Shown in pieces: positions 38,294 through 52,588 of a stretch of DNA of 64,000 nucleotides. A program made the position numbers and the translations under genes. How positions within the stretch are numbered: the first letter of the stretch is position 1; every line of letters starts with the position of its first letter. This stretch comes from Eledone cirrhosa. Lineage: Eukaryota. Below the pieces are notes generated by a model. The model saw only the letters and a program-made list of their open reading frames with translations, was not told the DNA's origin and did no database searches. The DNA lies in NCBI GenBank assembly GCA_964016885.1, contig OZ024742.1, positions 118,792,001 to 118,856,000 of the forward strand, written 5' to 3'.

Positions 38294-38772
38294 AATCTAT
38301 GGGGGAACACTAAGGAGGTTACAGATTGGTTCTCTGGTATTAATAAACTTGAATCTAGTAGGTTTATCCAGTTTGATATTGATGCCTATTACACATCGAT
38401 TTCACCTATCCTCAATAAAGCCTTAATGATGGCCATGAGAGTGTCTAGCCTTACACGATCACAGATTGATATTATACTAGCAGCCCGTAGAACTATCATC
38501 AATTTCGAGGATACATTTTGGACCCGTAAAAACACGCCCAACAATTTCGACGTTACAATGGGTTCGAGTGATTCGGCCCAGGTAACTGATCTTGTTGGGC
38601 TGTTCCTCCTAAATGAACTATATGTTACCTTTCCGCACCTTAAAGGCGGACTTTATCGTGACGATGCACCAATAACATCGAGCATAATAAGAAGAAACTT
38701 TATAAGTTTTTTAAAAGCTTTAACCTTTCGATCACGATAGATAGAAATGATAGAGCGGTCAACTTTTTAGAT
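38294..38772 (+). pseudogene. PLE RT core (motifs A-C), 5'-truncated, frameshifted
   Basis: FIQFDIDAYYTSIS, FDVTMGSSDSAQVTDLVGLFLL, GGLYRDD; frame change before NFLDVTL. Confidence 0.85.
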
Positions 38773-40242
38773 GTGACTTTGGACTTGGTCACTAATAGTT
38801 TTAAACCCTTCCATAAGCCTAATGAAATACTCTCTTATGTTAGTCCCAATTCTAACCACCCTATATCTATGATAAGCTCTATAATTAATGGTGTATCTAA
38901 TAGAATTTCCACACTCTCTAAGGACATAGGAATATTTAATGGACATGCAGAGTACTATAATAATGCCCTAGCTAACTCCGGTTACTCTGGTAAAATATAT
39001 TATAATAATAGTAACCTTAGAAAGTCTCCGCTTACTTATAATAATAATAACATAATATCCCATAATATGGCCATGAATGGGAGTAGAAAGCATAAGAATC
39101 GTAGAAATCACATAGGGGTATCCGAACCCATCCATAAGTTAAGCCACCGGATTCGTAATAGGGAATCTAATAGTTCTAGGGATCAAGTTGGGCGCTCTGA
39201 GCGCTCACTCAGTGGTAATGCTTTTGCTAAATCTAAGTCTAATAGTGTTGTTTCTACTGATCCTATTATTAGCCCTAATCCTATTAATATGATTCCAGAT
39301 AGCAGTAGATATACTAAAGGTAGAAACAGAAAGAGACTCAATGGGGTTTCGGCTGATTCTAATAATGTGGTTTTAACTAGTCCTCGTAGTAACCCAGATC
39401 TTAATAATGGGATATTAGATAACGGTAGAGTTGGTAAGGATAGAAATAGAAGGAGACTAAATACTTATTTTAACCCGCCATATGATCAGGAAGTATTAAC
39501 TAACATCCCTAGGTCTTTCTTTTCTATCTTAGAGAAAAATTTCCCTCCTACTAATAAATACCATGGTATTTTTAATAAAAATGTAATTAAACTATCATTC
39601 TCTACCACCCCTAATATTAGTTCTCATTTAACTAGCACTAACAATGGGAAAATTAGGGACGGCTACTCCTCTCTGCGTACTACTAGTCTGGATAGATCCA
39701 TAAATGCCTTACCACCTGAGCAGACCTTATCTCATAGTAACCCTACGAGTGATGCATCACTACTTCAGCCGATCAATAGCACCCGGAAGTGTAACTGTAG
39801 AGTGAGTGTTAACTGCCCTTTAAACGGTAACTGCCTCTCTAGGAACATCGTTTATGCTTGTGTGGTTAAAACTAATTCCTCTAATAGCACATATATAGGC
39901 TCAACATCTAACACTTTTAAGACTAGGTTTAATTCTCATATCTCTAATTTTAAACATGTTAAGTTTAAGAATTCTACTTCTTTAGCACACCATATCTGGG
40001 ACCTTAAGGGGGCTAATATACCATATAGCCTTAATTGGCGAATAGTAGCACGCTCTAATAACCTATCAACACACACTAAATTCTGTAATCTCTGTATCCT
40101 TGAGACCCACTCTATAATTTTCTCTAGGGAACTCTTACTTAATAGAAAGTCTGAGATATTCTCTTCCTGCCCCCACGCCATTTCTAATTCTTACTTTTAT
40201 TATAAACCTAAAAGTTCTGGTAGTGTAAATTGTATCCATTAG
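38773..40242 (+). CDS. PLE RT thumb, Asn/Ser-rich linker and GIY-YIG endonuclease
   Basis: SNHP, YFNPPY, CNCRVSVNCPLNGNC, IVYAC..YIGST.NTFKTR..H, CNLCILE, LNRKSE..CPH. Confidence 0.88.
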   Translation: MTLDLVTNSFKPFHKPNEILSYVSPNSNHPISMISSIINGVSNRISTLSKDIGIFNGHAEYYNNALANSGYSGKIYYNNSNLRKSPLTYNNNNIISHNMAMNGSRKHKNRRNHIGVSEPIHKLSHRIRNRESNSSRDQVGRSERSLSGNAFAKSKSNSVVSTDPIISPNPINMIPDSSRYTKGRNRKRLNGVSADSNNVVLTSPRSNPDLNNGILDNGRVGKDRNRRRLNTYFNPPYDQEVLTNIPRSFFSILEKNFPPTNKYHGIFNKNVIKLSFSTTPNISSHLTSTNNGKIRDGYSSLRTTSLDRSINALPPEQTLSHSNPTSDASLLQPINSTRKCNCRVSVNCPLNGNCLSRNIVYACVVKTNSSNSTYIGSTSNTFKTRFNSHISNFKHVKFKNSTSLAHHIWDLKGANIPYSLNWRIVARSNNLSTHTKFCNLCILETHSIIFSRELLLNRKSEIFSSCPHAISNSYFYYKPKSSGSVNCIH

Positions 40243-41678
40243 CTGCTATATTCCCTTATCTTTTTTGTTTAGGTTCATTTTGTTTACCACCATCATTATC
40301 ATTATTATTATTGGTTTTTAACAGCTTTTCGATCTAGCTTTCATAGTCTTTTGTCTACCATACCATATCTATCTTCTTAAATATTATATTTTCACTATTA
40401 ACACCTTATGAGTTTATATCTGATTATATATTTTATTTTATTTTATATTATTTTATTTTATTTTATTTTATTTGGATTCTCATTTAGATAATTACTTATG
40501 TTTGTATTGTATTAATTTTGTATTGACTTATTATGTTTTTTAAATACTTTCAATAATAATTAATTTAATAGGGTTTTCTAGTCATTTATCCGGGTTTGAT
40601 TCCTAATTTTTTTACTTAACTGCTTGTGACACCTAAGTAAATATATTTGTTTTTGTTTTTCGATTTCCGGTTGATTTTATTTATATTTTTTTACTACCGT
40701 GCGTAGTTTCTGTCTGGTTCTTATTCACTTATTCACATATGTCTGTCTACCAACCATGTAATTATGTATATTATACTATGTTTATTATTTGATATTGAAG
40801 TTGTTATATCATATCACTCTATGTAATCGTACTATAGATCTTAAATATTTACCGATTATTCGATGTACCCTTATGTTAAATTTTGTAAATTCTGTAATAT
40901 GTTTATATTTTTATAATTTTTGTAATGTTTAGATAATATTTATTTATACCAATTGTATAAAAACTTGACCTCCGTCTGTTTTCTTACAACGGTATAGATA
41001 TTTTTCCAGCACAATTTTTTCAACACAATTTAGTTCTGTATGATATTTTTTTCTCACCTTGTGTGTAACTTTATATGATTTGTTAAGTTATATGCCAATA
41101 TATTATAATATTGTTATTATAGTGTTATTGTAATATTTATATTGTTTGTGCAAATTGACCGGAGATTATAAATTATATAATTATATAGTATATTATATAT
41201 TATGTTTATTTTTACTCATTTCTTTATCATTTTATACTGTAAATAATATATGTATTATATTTTTATTTTTATTTTTATTTTTATTTATATTTAAACTCTT
41301 AATAAGTGTTAGTTTGTGTTTGTATTGATGGATATGTGTATTGATATATATATATATGTGTGTACATATGTATATATATATATATATATGTATATTGGGC
41401 ATTTTAATATTATTATTATTATCATTATCAATTATATTATATTATATTATATTATATATAGTACTGTAATTCTCGCTTTATATCACCACTTGTGTTTAGT
41501 TTTAGTTTTTGCATTGTACTATATTTGTAATATGGTTCAAAATGTTATTCACTTCCTTAGCAATTTTTACTTGATAATTTTTTACTTGATAATTTTCCTA
41601 TGCTTTAATGTATGTATACTCCATATTCTTCTGGGTTTTTGGCTTGTATTGCCGATAGTGCTTCTTATAGCTTTACTT

Positions 41679-41716
41679 GCCCTGATGAGTCCTTAATAGG
41701 ATGAAACATTGTTGGC
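41679..41716 (+). ncRNA. minimal type I hammerhead ribozyme (second arm copy)
   Basis: GCC-CTGATGA-GTCCT(taat)AGGAT-GAA-ACATTGT-T-GGC; one stem II G-C pair changed to G-U. Confidence 0.85.
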
Positions 41717-41863
41717 TAATAAATACTTTTGATGTATTGAAGGCTTCTTTGGTTTATTTTCATAATTCTTCGGCTCTGCTTAATTACATTGAGCTATACC
41801 TTTACTGTCATTTCTATAATATGAAGAGGGTGTTTAACTCCAACACACTCTAGTATTTTAATT

Positions 41864-42721
<858 letters not shown>

Positions 42722-42909
42722 GTAGATAAATCTACCAAGAATTTACGGTAGTGTCCAATCCGTATGAAGAACTCAATGTATTCCGGATATCATGGAAAGA
42801 AGAGATGTAATGAAAATCCACTTTCGGTGAAAGATAAACGGTATACAGAGTCAAGATAAAATATTAAACAAATAATGAATAAACAATTCCTTATATTAAA
42901 CAAAAAAAG

Positions 42910-43064
42910 TTCATTATTTAACGATCGTTTCTAGGGTATATATGTGTTATAATTGGTATGCATATTCAACAGATCTATGTACAAAATTATACAAAATTAT
43001 ACAAATTATCAAGATTAAATATACATACCTAACACATATATACGCCGTCTTCAGAAATAATGAA
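42910..43064 (-). ncRNA. type I hammerhead ribozyme with long stem II (left-arm copy)
   Basis: reverse complement of 51598-51752. Confidence 0.8.
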
Positions 43065-43895
43065 GTATATTTATTGATAATAACAACAATTCAAAATATC
43101 AGTTCAAAATTGACCAATGAAAACACAAAGGGTTAAAAGCAGTTCGGTGTGTGTATATACATGTAAAATCCTTACACATATTTTACAAAAATGTGTGTAT
43201 AATTTGTATACGCATACTAAAAAGATGGATGCAAACACAAAATTTCAAGGTTAATATCTCTGTAAGCTTAATGCGCTGATAAGATGCGCATTGATACTTA
43301 TGGAGTCAAGCATATAAATATATTTTTTCATACTCACACATATCAGTATAATCACACATACATGCGCGTATATGCATAAATATACACATAACCACGAACA
43401 TACAAACACACACACTCCCCCACTCACATTTATATATGTGGATATAAAATCATAAGCACATAGAAATTAAGTCACTCACATAAAACACTGGCACACACAT
43501 TTCAAGATCAAGATACAGAAATTAGGTGGGAGGGGGGGGGGAGGGGGGGGGGAGGGGTCAGTATTCAATTGTCTGAGCAGACTGCCTAATATAAATGTAT
43601 CTATAAATTAAGAAAAATAAAAAAATAAAACAATAAAATATAATAAATATAATATAATATACATACACATACAGATATATATACACATACATACATGTAC
43701 GCGCACATAGAGATATTTACGCATACACACATACACACATACATATACAGTCATACACACACATACACTTACACGAACATACACATACACATATAAAAAG
43801 ATATATATATACACACACACACGCGCAACACATACACACATACACATATATATAAAAAATAGATAATAAAGATATATATCCATATATATATATAT

Positions 43896-43944
<49 letters not shown>

Positions 43945-44035
43945 CATATACATATACATACACATACATCTAAATATACATACACATACATACACACATA
44001 CATGTACATACATGTACATACATATACGCACATCG

Positions 44036-44079
<44 letters not shown>

Positions 44080-44401
44080 TCACATAGACATATAGATACA
44101 TACACACACAACTTACATACACACGTATATATATATATATAGATGTACCTTCATACATAGAATTAGATATATAATCATACATACATATGCACCTACTTAT
44201 ACTCATATATATAAATACATACGCTTCCATATATGTGTATATACATAAAAAACAATACAACCTCACCAAACTCAGACATACAAATAAAAATAATAATAAA
44301 AAGGCATATGTATATACATACACACACGCATTAATAGAGATATATATATATACACACATACATACACATATATATATATATACACACACACATATATATA
44401 C

Positions 44402-44452
<51 letters not shown>

Positions 44453-44924
44453 TAGACTCATACATATATATATATATATATATACATATAAACATATATA
44501 TCCACACACTCATACCACCATAAATACACATACAAACACCCACATGTATATATATATATATATCTACATACACACACACGTATATATATATATATATATA
44601 TACATACATATATATATATACACACACATAAAAAACAGACATGCACATATATATATATATATATATTTTATTACTCTTATATATACACATATTATATATA
44701 CATACACAACCTCACTTATACACATATACACATAAGTTATATTATAATAATAAAGAATAATATACATATACATATATACATATACATATATATATATATA
44801 TATATATACATACATACATACACATACATACATACACATAAATATATACATACATAAATACACACATACGAATAAAGACATATATTCACACATAGACACC
44901 TATATATATATATATATATATATC

Positions 44925-44971
<47 letters not shown>

Positions 44972-46110
44972 ACACACACACACACACACAAACACACATA
45001 CACACTCACATATATATATATATGTGTATGTGTGTGTGCGCACATACACATATATACACACACACATACAAACACACACAAACACATACATATGCATACG
45101 TGCACACACACACACATATATCACATAGATACGAAGATAAACATATAAATAGAGAGACATACATATATATACACAACACACATACACATACATACATACA
45201 CGCATATACATATACATACATATATACACATATATATATTCCTATATATACAAGCATACACATACATACACATATATACACATACATACACATATACATA
45301 CAACACATTCACATACACATACATATATAATGCATATATATACATATATATACATACATATGTATGTACAATCATATATACACACACAATCTTACATTCA
45401 TATTTGCATGCTCATATATGTATTTTTATATTTAGATATAAATACCCAAACCTATATAGACACCTACCTACATATATATTCATACATAGACGCTTACAAA
45501 TACAGATGATAATAGTATGGGGGAAAGGGGGGGTTTGGAGAAGGGGATCAAAGTAAATATATGTTTCAAGAAACATATAATATTTTCCGTATCTTAATTC
45601 AATGTATGTTCTTACATATTTTCAGTGCTAGGAAATACGAAATCTATGCATCTCAAAATAAATAAGTATACCATTAATCATATGTTAACTAAACCAAAGA
45701 TAGTCAACATATTGATTTCTAAGGTGTAAATTAGTTAGGTTTATAATATTTGAAGCAGAATTTTGAAGTCAAACAGTAGTAGATTATTAATTACATTATA
45801 ACTAAATTAAAGTTAATAACGTTATGGTATCAATATTAGGAGATGAATTTAGTAATAGGGAAAAGAAACCCAAATAAAAATAAAATAAAGTATTACATCG
45901 GTAGTAGCATATAAATTATATGTTAACTAAATTAAAAATTATATATTTATTTCAATAGTATACGTTAATTAGTATATGTTAATTAGGTATACAATACATA
46001 AAGCAGATATTGTATTTCATCAATAGCATAATATAATTATATGCAAATAGAAATCAAAATTAATACGCATACATATACATATACATACACATACACATAT
46101 ACATACATAT

Positions 46111-46167
<57 letters not shown>

Positions 46168-46690
46168 TACATACATACATACAGATACACATACACAACA
46201 CACACATATACATACACATATACATATACATATCTTTTTCAAAAAATTGCACAGAATATATTAACTAGGTATATATCCAAAACACATCCCATTCTATGAT
46301 TACATGACATTCTGCAATTCGTCTGTATAAGGATACTAATTTTAAGCAAATTAAAATTAAAATTTTTAGGTTGATTAAAACTAAAACCAAATAATAAATA
46401 TATTTCCAAAATGTATATTAATTAGGTCTATAATACTAAAAATTATTTCTCCGTCATTGGATACATGATATTATTTTGTTATATTTTATCTGTAAAAGAA
46501 TTATAATAAAAGGTTTAAATAAATTAAAATTAATCTATAAATTAAATTACTAAGTATATATTAGTAATATTTAAAGGTTTTTCACAATTTATGATTACAC
46601 AATATTTTCTCATCTGTAATAAAATATTAATTAAATTAAATTTATAGGTTAACTAACATTTAAATTAAATTAATTTCTAGAATAATGTTA

Positions 46691-47269
46691 TTAATTAGGT
46701 TTATAATATTTAAATGTTTTTTTTAGTTTATGATTACACGATATAATTAATTCCTGTCGTTTATTTAATAAGATATCCTTAGACTTCATTATTTCAAATA
46801 GTTCTTGGGAACATAATCTACATTCCTTTCTATTATTTTGATAAGGGGTGGCTCTTTTGAGCACACTCCAGGTCAAATCATATTTTATATTCTTATTTTT
46901 ATAACTATTGATTTTTTCTGCTAGAGATGTTGTATTAGCCAGTGCGGCATTTTTAAAACTATGCTTGTGGGTATTAAACCTTGTCTTAAAATTGTTAGAG
47001 GTAGCTCCTATATATGAGCAAATAGAATCTTTAGTTTTAACATTACATTTATAGACTATGTTGTTAACAAGACAATTCCCTTTTAATGGGCAGTTTGTTT
47101 TGTTTCTACAGTTACATCCTTTCGTTAATTCTGTATTTGAGGAGATATTATTGTTAATTTGATGTACTGGTGGTATACTAAAAATAGTTGTGGTGAGATC
47201 ATTAACATTAATCCTCCTAGTAAAAATCATGATACAACCTATAAAAATAATAAAAATAATAAACAACAT
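46691..47269 (-). CDS. inverted copy of the PLE GIY-YIG domain fused to an antisense-derived hydrophobic N-terminus
   Basis: Identical to the + ORF from SIPPVHQ to the stop; first 30 aa come from the antisense spacer. Confidence 0.6.
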   Translation of the reverse strand: MLFIIFIIFIGCIMIFTRRINVNDLTTTIFSIPPVHQINNNISSNTELTKGCNCRNKTNCPLKGNCLVNNIVYKCNVKTKDSICSYIGATSNNFKTRFNTHKHSFKNAALANTTSLAEKINSYKNKNIKYDLTWSVLKRATPYQNNRKECRLCSQELFEIMKSKDILLNKRQELIISCNHKLKKTFKYYKPN

Positions 47270-47983
47270 AGAAACCGTAATAGACGAGTTACTTGGTATA
47301 ATGCTCCTTTTAATTTACAAGTTAAGGATAATATTGCTAAAAAATTTTTTTATATCCTTGAGAAAAACTTCCCGCCAAACCACAAATACCATCAAATCTT
47401 AAATAGGTCTACAGTTAAATTCTCATACTCTACAACAAATAACATAAAACAAAATATAAGTGCATATAATGCATATAAATGTAAGAAAACCATAAGTATA
47501 CCACCAGTACATCAAATTAACAATAATATCTCCTCAAATACAGAATTAACGAAAGGATGTAACTGTAGAAACAAAACAAACTGCCCATTAAAAGGGAATT
47601 GTCTTGTTAACAACATAGTCTATAAATGTAATGTTAAAACTAAAGATTCTATTTGCTCATATATAGGAGCTACCTCTAACAATTTTAAGACAAGGTTTAA
47701 TACCCACAAGCATAGTTTTAAAAATGCCGCACTGGCTAATACAACATCTCTAGCAGAAAAAATCAATAGTTATAAAAATAAGAATATAAAATATGATTTG
47801 ACCTGGAGTGTGCTCAAAAGAGCCACCCCTTATCAAAATAATAGAAAGGAATGTAGATTATGTTCCCAAGAACTATTTGAAATAATGAAGTCTAAGGATA
47901 TCTTATTAAATAAACGACAGGAATTAATTATATCGTGTAATCATAAACTAAAAAAAACATTTAAATATTATAAACCTAATTAA
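47159..47983 (+). CDS. PLE linker plus GIY-YIG endonuclease (RT absent)
   Basis: WYNAPF, CNCRNKTNCPLKGNC, IVYKC..YIGAT.NNFKTR..H, CRLCSQE, LNKRQE..CNH; true PLE sequence starts at about 47180. Confidence 0.85.
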   Translation: MMYWWYTKNSCGEIININPPSKNHDTTYKNNKNNKQHRNRNRRVTWYNAPFNLQVKDNIAKKFFYILEKNFPPNHKYHQILNRSTVKFSYSTTNNIKQNISAYNAYKCKKTISIPPVHQINNNISSNTELTKGCNCRNKTNCPLKGNCLVNNIVYKCNVKTKDSICSYIGATSNNFKTRFNTHKHSFKNAALANTTSLAEKINSYKNKNIKYDLTWSVLKRATPYQNNRKECRLCSQELFEIMKSKDILLNKRQELIISCNHKLKKTFKYYKPN

Positions 47984-48429
47984 TAACATTATTCTAGAAA
48001 TTAATTTAATTTAAATGTTAGTTAACCTATAAATTTAATTTAATTAATATTTTATTACAGATGAGAAAATATTGTGTAATCATAAATTGTGAAAAACCTT
48101 TAAATATTACTAATATATACTTAGTAATTTAATTTATAGATTAATTTTAATTTATTTAAACCTTTTATTATAATTCTTTTACAGATAAAATATAACAAAA
48201 TAATATCATGTATCCAATGACGGAGAAATAATTTTTAGTATTATAGACCTAATTAATATACATTTTGGAAATATATTTATTATTTGGTTTTAGTTTTAAT
48301 CAACCTAAAAATTTTAATTTTAATTTGCTTAAAATTAGTATCCTTATACAGACGAATTGCAGAATGTCATGTAATCATAGAATGGGATGTGTTTTGGATA
48401 TATACCTAGTTAATATATTCTGTGCAATT

Positions 48430-48506
48430 TTTTGAAAAAGATATGTATATGTATATGTGTATGTATATGTGTGTGTTGTGTATGTGTATCTGTATGTATG
48501 TATGTA

Positions 48507-48563
<57 letters not shown>

Positions 48564-49704
48564 ATATGTATGTATATGTGTATGTGTATGTATATGTATA
48601 TGTATGCGTATTAATTTTGATTTCTATTTGCATATAATTATATTATGCTATTGATGAAATACAATATCTGCTTTATGTATTGTATACCTAATTAACATAT
48701 ACTAATTAACGTATACTATTGAAATAAATATATAATTTTTAATTTAGTTAACATATAATTTATATGCTACTACCGATGTAATACTTTATTTTATTTTTAT
48801 TTGGGTTTCTTTTCCCTATTACTAAATTCATCTCCTAATATTGATACCATAACGTTATTAACTTTAATTTAGTTATAATGTAATTAATAATCTACTACTG
48901 TTTGACTTCAAAATTCTGCTTCAAATATTATAAACCTAACTAATTTACACCTTAGAAATCAATATGTTGACTATCTTTGGTTTAGTTAACATATGATTAA
49001 TGGTATACTTATTTATTTTGAGATGCATAGATTTCGTATTTCCTAGCACTGAAAATATGTAAGAACATACATTGAATTAAGATACGGAAAATATTATATG
49101 TTTCTTGAAACATATATTTACTTTGATCCCCTTCTCCAAACCCCCCCTTTCCCCCATACTATTATCATCTGTATTTGTAAGCGTCTATGTATGAATATAT
49201 ATGTAGGTAGGTGTCTATATAGGTTTGGGTATTTATATCTAAATATAAAAATACATATATGAGCATGCAAATATGAATGTAAGATTGTGTGTGTATATAT
49301 GATTGTACATACATATGTATGTATATATATGTATATATATGCATTATATATGTATGTGTATGTGAATGTGTTGTATGTATATGTGTATGTATGTGTATAT
49401 ATGTGTATGTATGTGTATGCTTGTATATATAGGAATATATATATGTGTATATATGTATGTATATGTATATGCGTGTATGTATGTATGTGTATGTGTGTTG
49501 TGTATATATATGTATGTCTCTCTATTTATATGTTTATCTTCGTATCTATGTGATATATGTGTGTGTGTGTGCACGTATGCATATGTATGTGTTTGTGTGT
49601 GTTTGTATGTGTGTGTGTATATATGTGTATGTGCGCACACACACATACACATATATATATATATATGTGAGTGTGTATGTGTGTCTGTGTGTGTGTGTGT
49701 GTGT

Positions 49705-49751
<47 letters not shown>

Positions 49752-50221
49752 GATATATATATATATATATATATAGGTGTCTATGTGTGAATATATGTCT
49801 TTATTCGTATGTGTGTATTTATGTATGTATATATTTATGTGTATGTATGTATGTGTATGTATGTATGTATATATATATATATATATATATGTATATGTAT
49901 ATATGTATATGTATATTATTCTTTATTATTATAATATAACTTATGTGTATATGTGTATAAGTGAGGTTGTGTATGTATATATAATATGTGTATATATAAG
50001 AGTAATAAAATATATATATATATATATATGTGCATGTCTGTTTTTTATGTGTGTGTATATATATATATGTATGTATATATATATATATATATATACGTGT
50101 GTGTATGTAGATATATATATATATATACATGTGGGTGTTTGTATGTGTATTTATGGTGGTATGAGTGTGTGGATATATATGTTTATATGTATATATATAT
50201 ATATATATATGTATGAGTCTA

Positions 50222-50270
<49 letters not shown>

Positions 50271-50592
50271 GTATATATATGTGTGTGTGTATATATATAT
50301 ATATGTGTATGTATGTGTGTATATATATATATCTCTATTAATGCGTGTGTGTATGTATATACATATGCCTTTTTATTATTATTTTTATTTGTATGTCTGA
50401 GTTTGGTGAGGTTGTATTGTTTTTTATGTATATACACATATATGGAAGCGTATGTATTTATATATATGAGTATAAGTAGGTGCATATGTATGTATGATTA
50501 TATATCTAATTCTATGTATGAAGGTACATCTATATATATATATATACGTGTGTATGTAAGTTGTGTGTGTATGTATCTATATGTCTATGTGA

Positions 50593-50636
<44 letters not shown>

Positions 50637-50727
50637 CGATGTGCGTATATGTATGTACATGTATGTACATGTATGTGTGTATGTATGTGTATGTATATTT
50701 AGATGTATGTGTATGTATATGTATATG

Positions 50728-50776
<49 letters not shown>

Positions 50777-51015
50777 ATATATATATATATGGATATATAT
50801 CTTTATTATCTATTTTTTATATATATGTGTATGTGTGTATGTGTTGCGCGTGTGTGTGTGTATATATATATCTTTTTATATGTGTATGTGTATGTTCGTG
50901 TAAGTGTATGTGTGTGTATGACTGTATATGTATGTGTGTATGTGTGTATGCGTAAATATCTCTATGTGCGCGTACATGTATGTATGTGTATATATATCTG
51001 TATGTGTATGTATAT
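48430..51015 (+). repeat. compound (TA)/(TG)/(TATG) low-complexity tracts inside the PLE3 arm (mirrored at about 43655-46240)
   Basis: direct reading; interrupted by AT-rich unique sequence at about 48610-49285. Confidence 0.9.
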
Positions 51016-51597
51016 TATATTATATTTATTATATTTTATTGTTTTATTTTTTTATTTTTCTTAATTTATAGATACATTTATATTAGGCAGTCTGCTCAGA
51101 CAATTGAATACTGACCCCTCCCCCCCCCCCTCCCACCTAATTTCTGTATCTTGATCTTGAAATGTGTGTGCCAGTGTTTTATGTGAGTGACTTAATTTCT
51201 ATGTGCTTATGATTTTATATCCACATATATAAATGTGAGTGGGGGAGTGTGTGTGTTTGTATGTTCGTGGTTATGTGTATATTTATGCATATACGCGCAT
51301 GTATGTGTGATTATACTGATATGTGTGAGTATGAAAAAATATATTTATATGCTTGACTCCATAAGTATCAATGCGCATCTTATCAGCGCATTAAGCTTAC
51401 AGAGATATTAACCTTGAAATTTTGTGTTTGCATCCATCTTTTTAGTATGCGTATACAAATTATACACACATTTTTGTAAAATATGTGTAAGGATTTTACA
51501 TGTATATACACACACCGAACTGCTTTTAACCCTTTGTGTTTTCATTGGTCAATTTTGAACTGATATTTTGAATTGTTGTTATTATCAATAAATATAC

Positions 51598-51752
51598 TTC
51601 ATTATTTCTGAAGACGGCGTATATATGTGTTAGGTATGTATATTTAATCTTGATAATTTGTATAATTTTGTATAATTTTGTACATAGATCTGTTGAATAT
51701 GCATACCAATTATAACACATATATACCCTAGAAACGATCGTTAAATAATGAA
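51598..51752 (+). ncRNA. type I hammerhead ribozyme with >100-nt stem II
   Basis: TTCATTATTT/AAATAATGAA stem I; CTGAAGA at 51608; gtatatatgtgtta/taacacatatatac and ggtatgtatatttaa/ttgaatatgcatacc helices; GAAA at 51731; palindromic ACGATCGT; GTT triplet. Confidence 0.82.
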
Positions 51753-51803
51753 CTTTTTTTGTTTAATATAAGGAATTGTTTATTCATTATTTGTTTAATA
51801 TTT

Positions 51804-52348
<545 letters not shown>

Positions 52349-52543
52349 GTAGTACAAAGGATCAAACATTGGAATCTGTGGGTAAATCGGATAACTCTCA
52401 CATTATCCAAGGATAATGTGAGAGTTATCCGAGCTAGGAGTAGGAGTCTGTTAAAGTGTGGAGGTATAAGTCAAAGAAACATGAAACGACAAACAAGAGG
52501 ATGCAATAACATGAAGTGTATTAGTTTCACACTTGAAGAAAGA

Positions 52544-52588
52544 GTTATATAGTCAATGTATCGGGCATTTATCCTTCATCAGGAATAA
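52544..52588 (-). ncRNA. decayed hammerhead motif
   Basis: Minus strand gttattc-CTGATGA-AGG(ataaatg)CCC-GATA-CATTGAC..ataac; GAAA and NUH mutated; resembles 54110-54150. Confidence 0.4.

Larger units (their letters stand above)
37699..41865 (+). mobile_element. Penelope-like element 2 with about 590-bp inverted terminal duplication
   Basis: 37699-38292 is the reverse complement of 41183-41767; RT and GIY-YIG between the arms; HHR in each arm; (TA)n on both sides. Confidence 0.92.

Noticed and set aside
37699-41767. TIR DNA transposon interpretation of the long inverted repeats
   Set aside because: Internal ORFs are RT and GIY-YIG, not a DDE transposase; arms are asymmetric and contain HHRs
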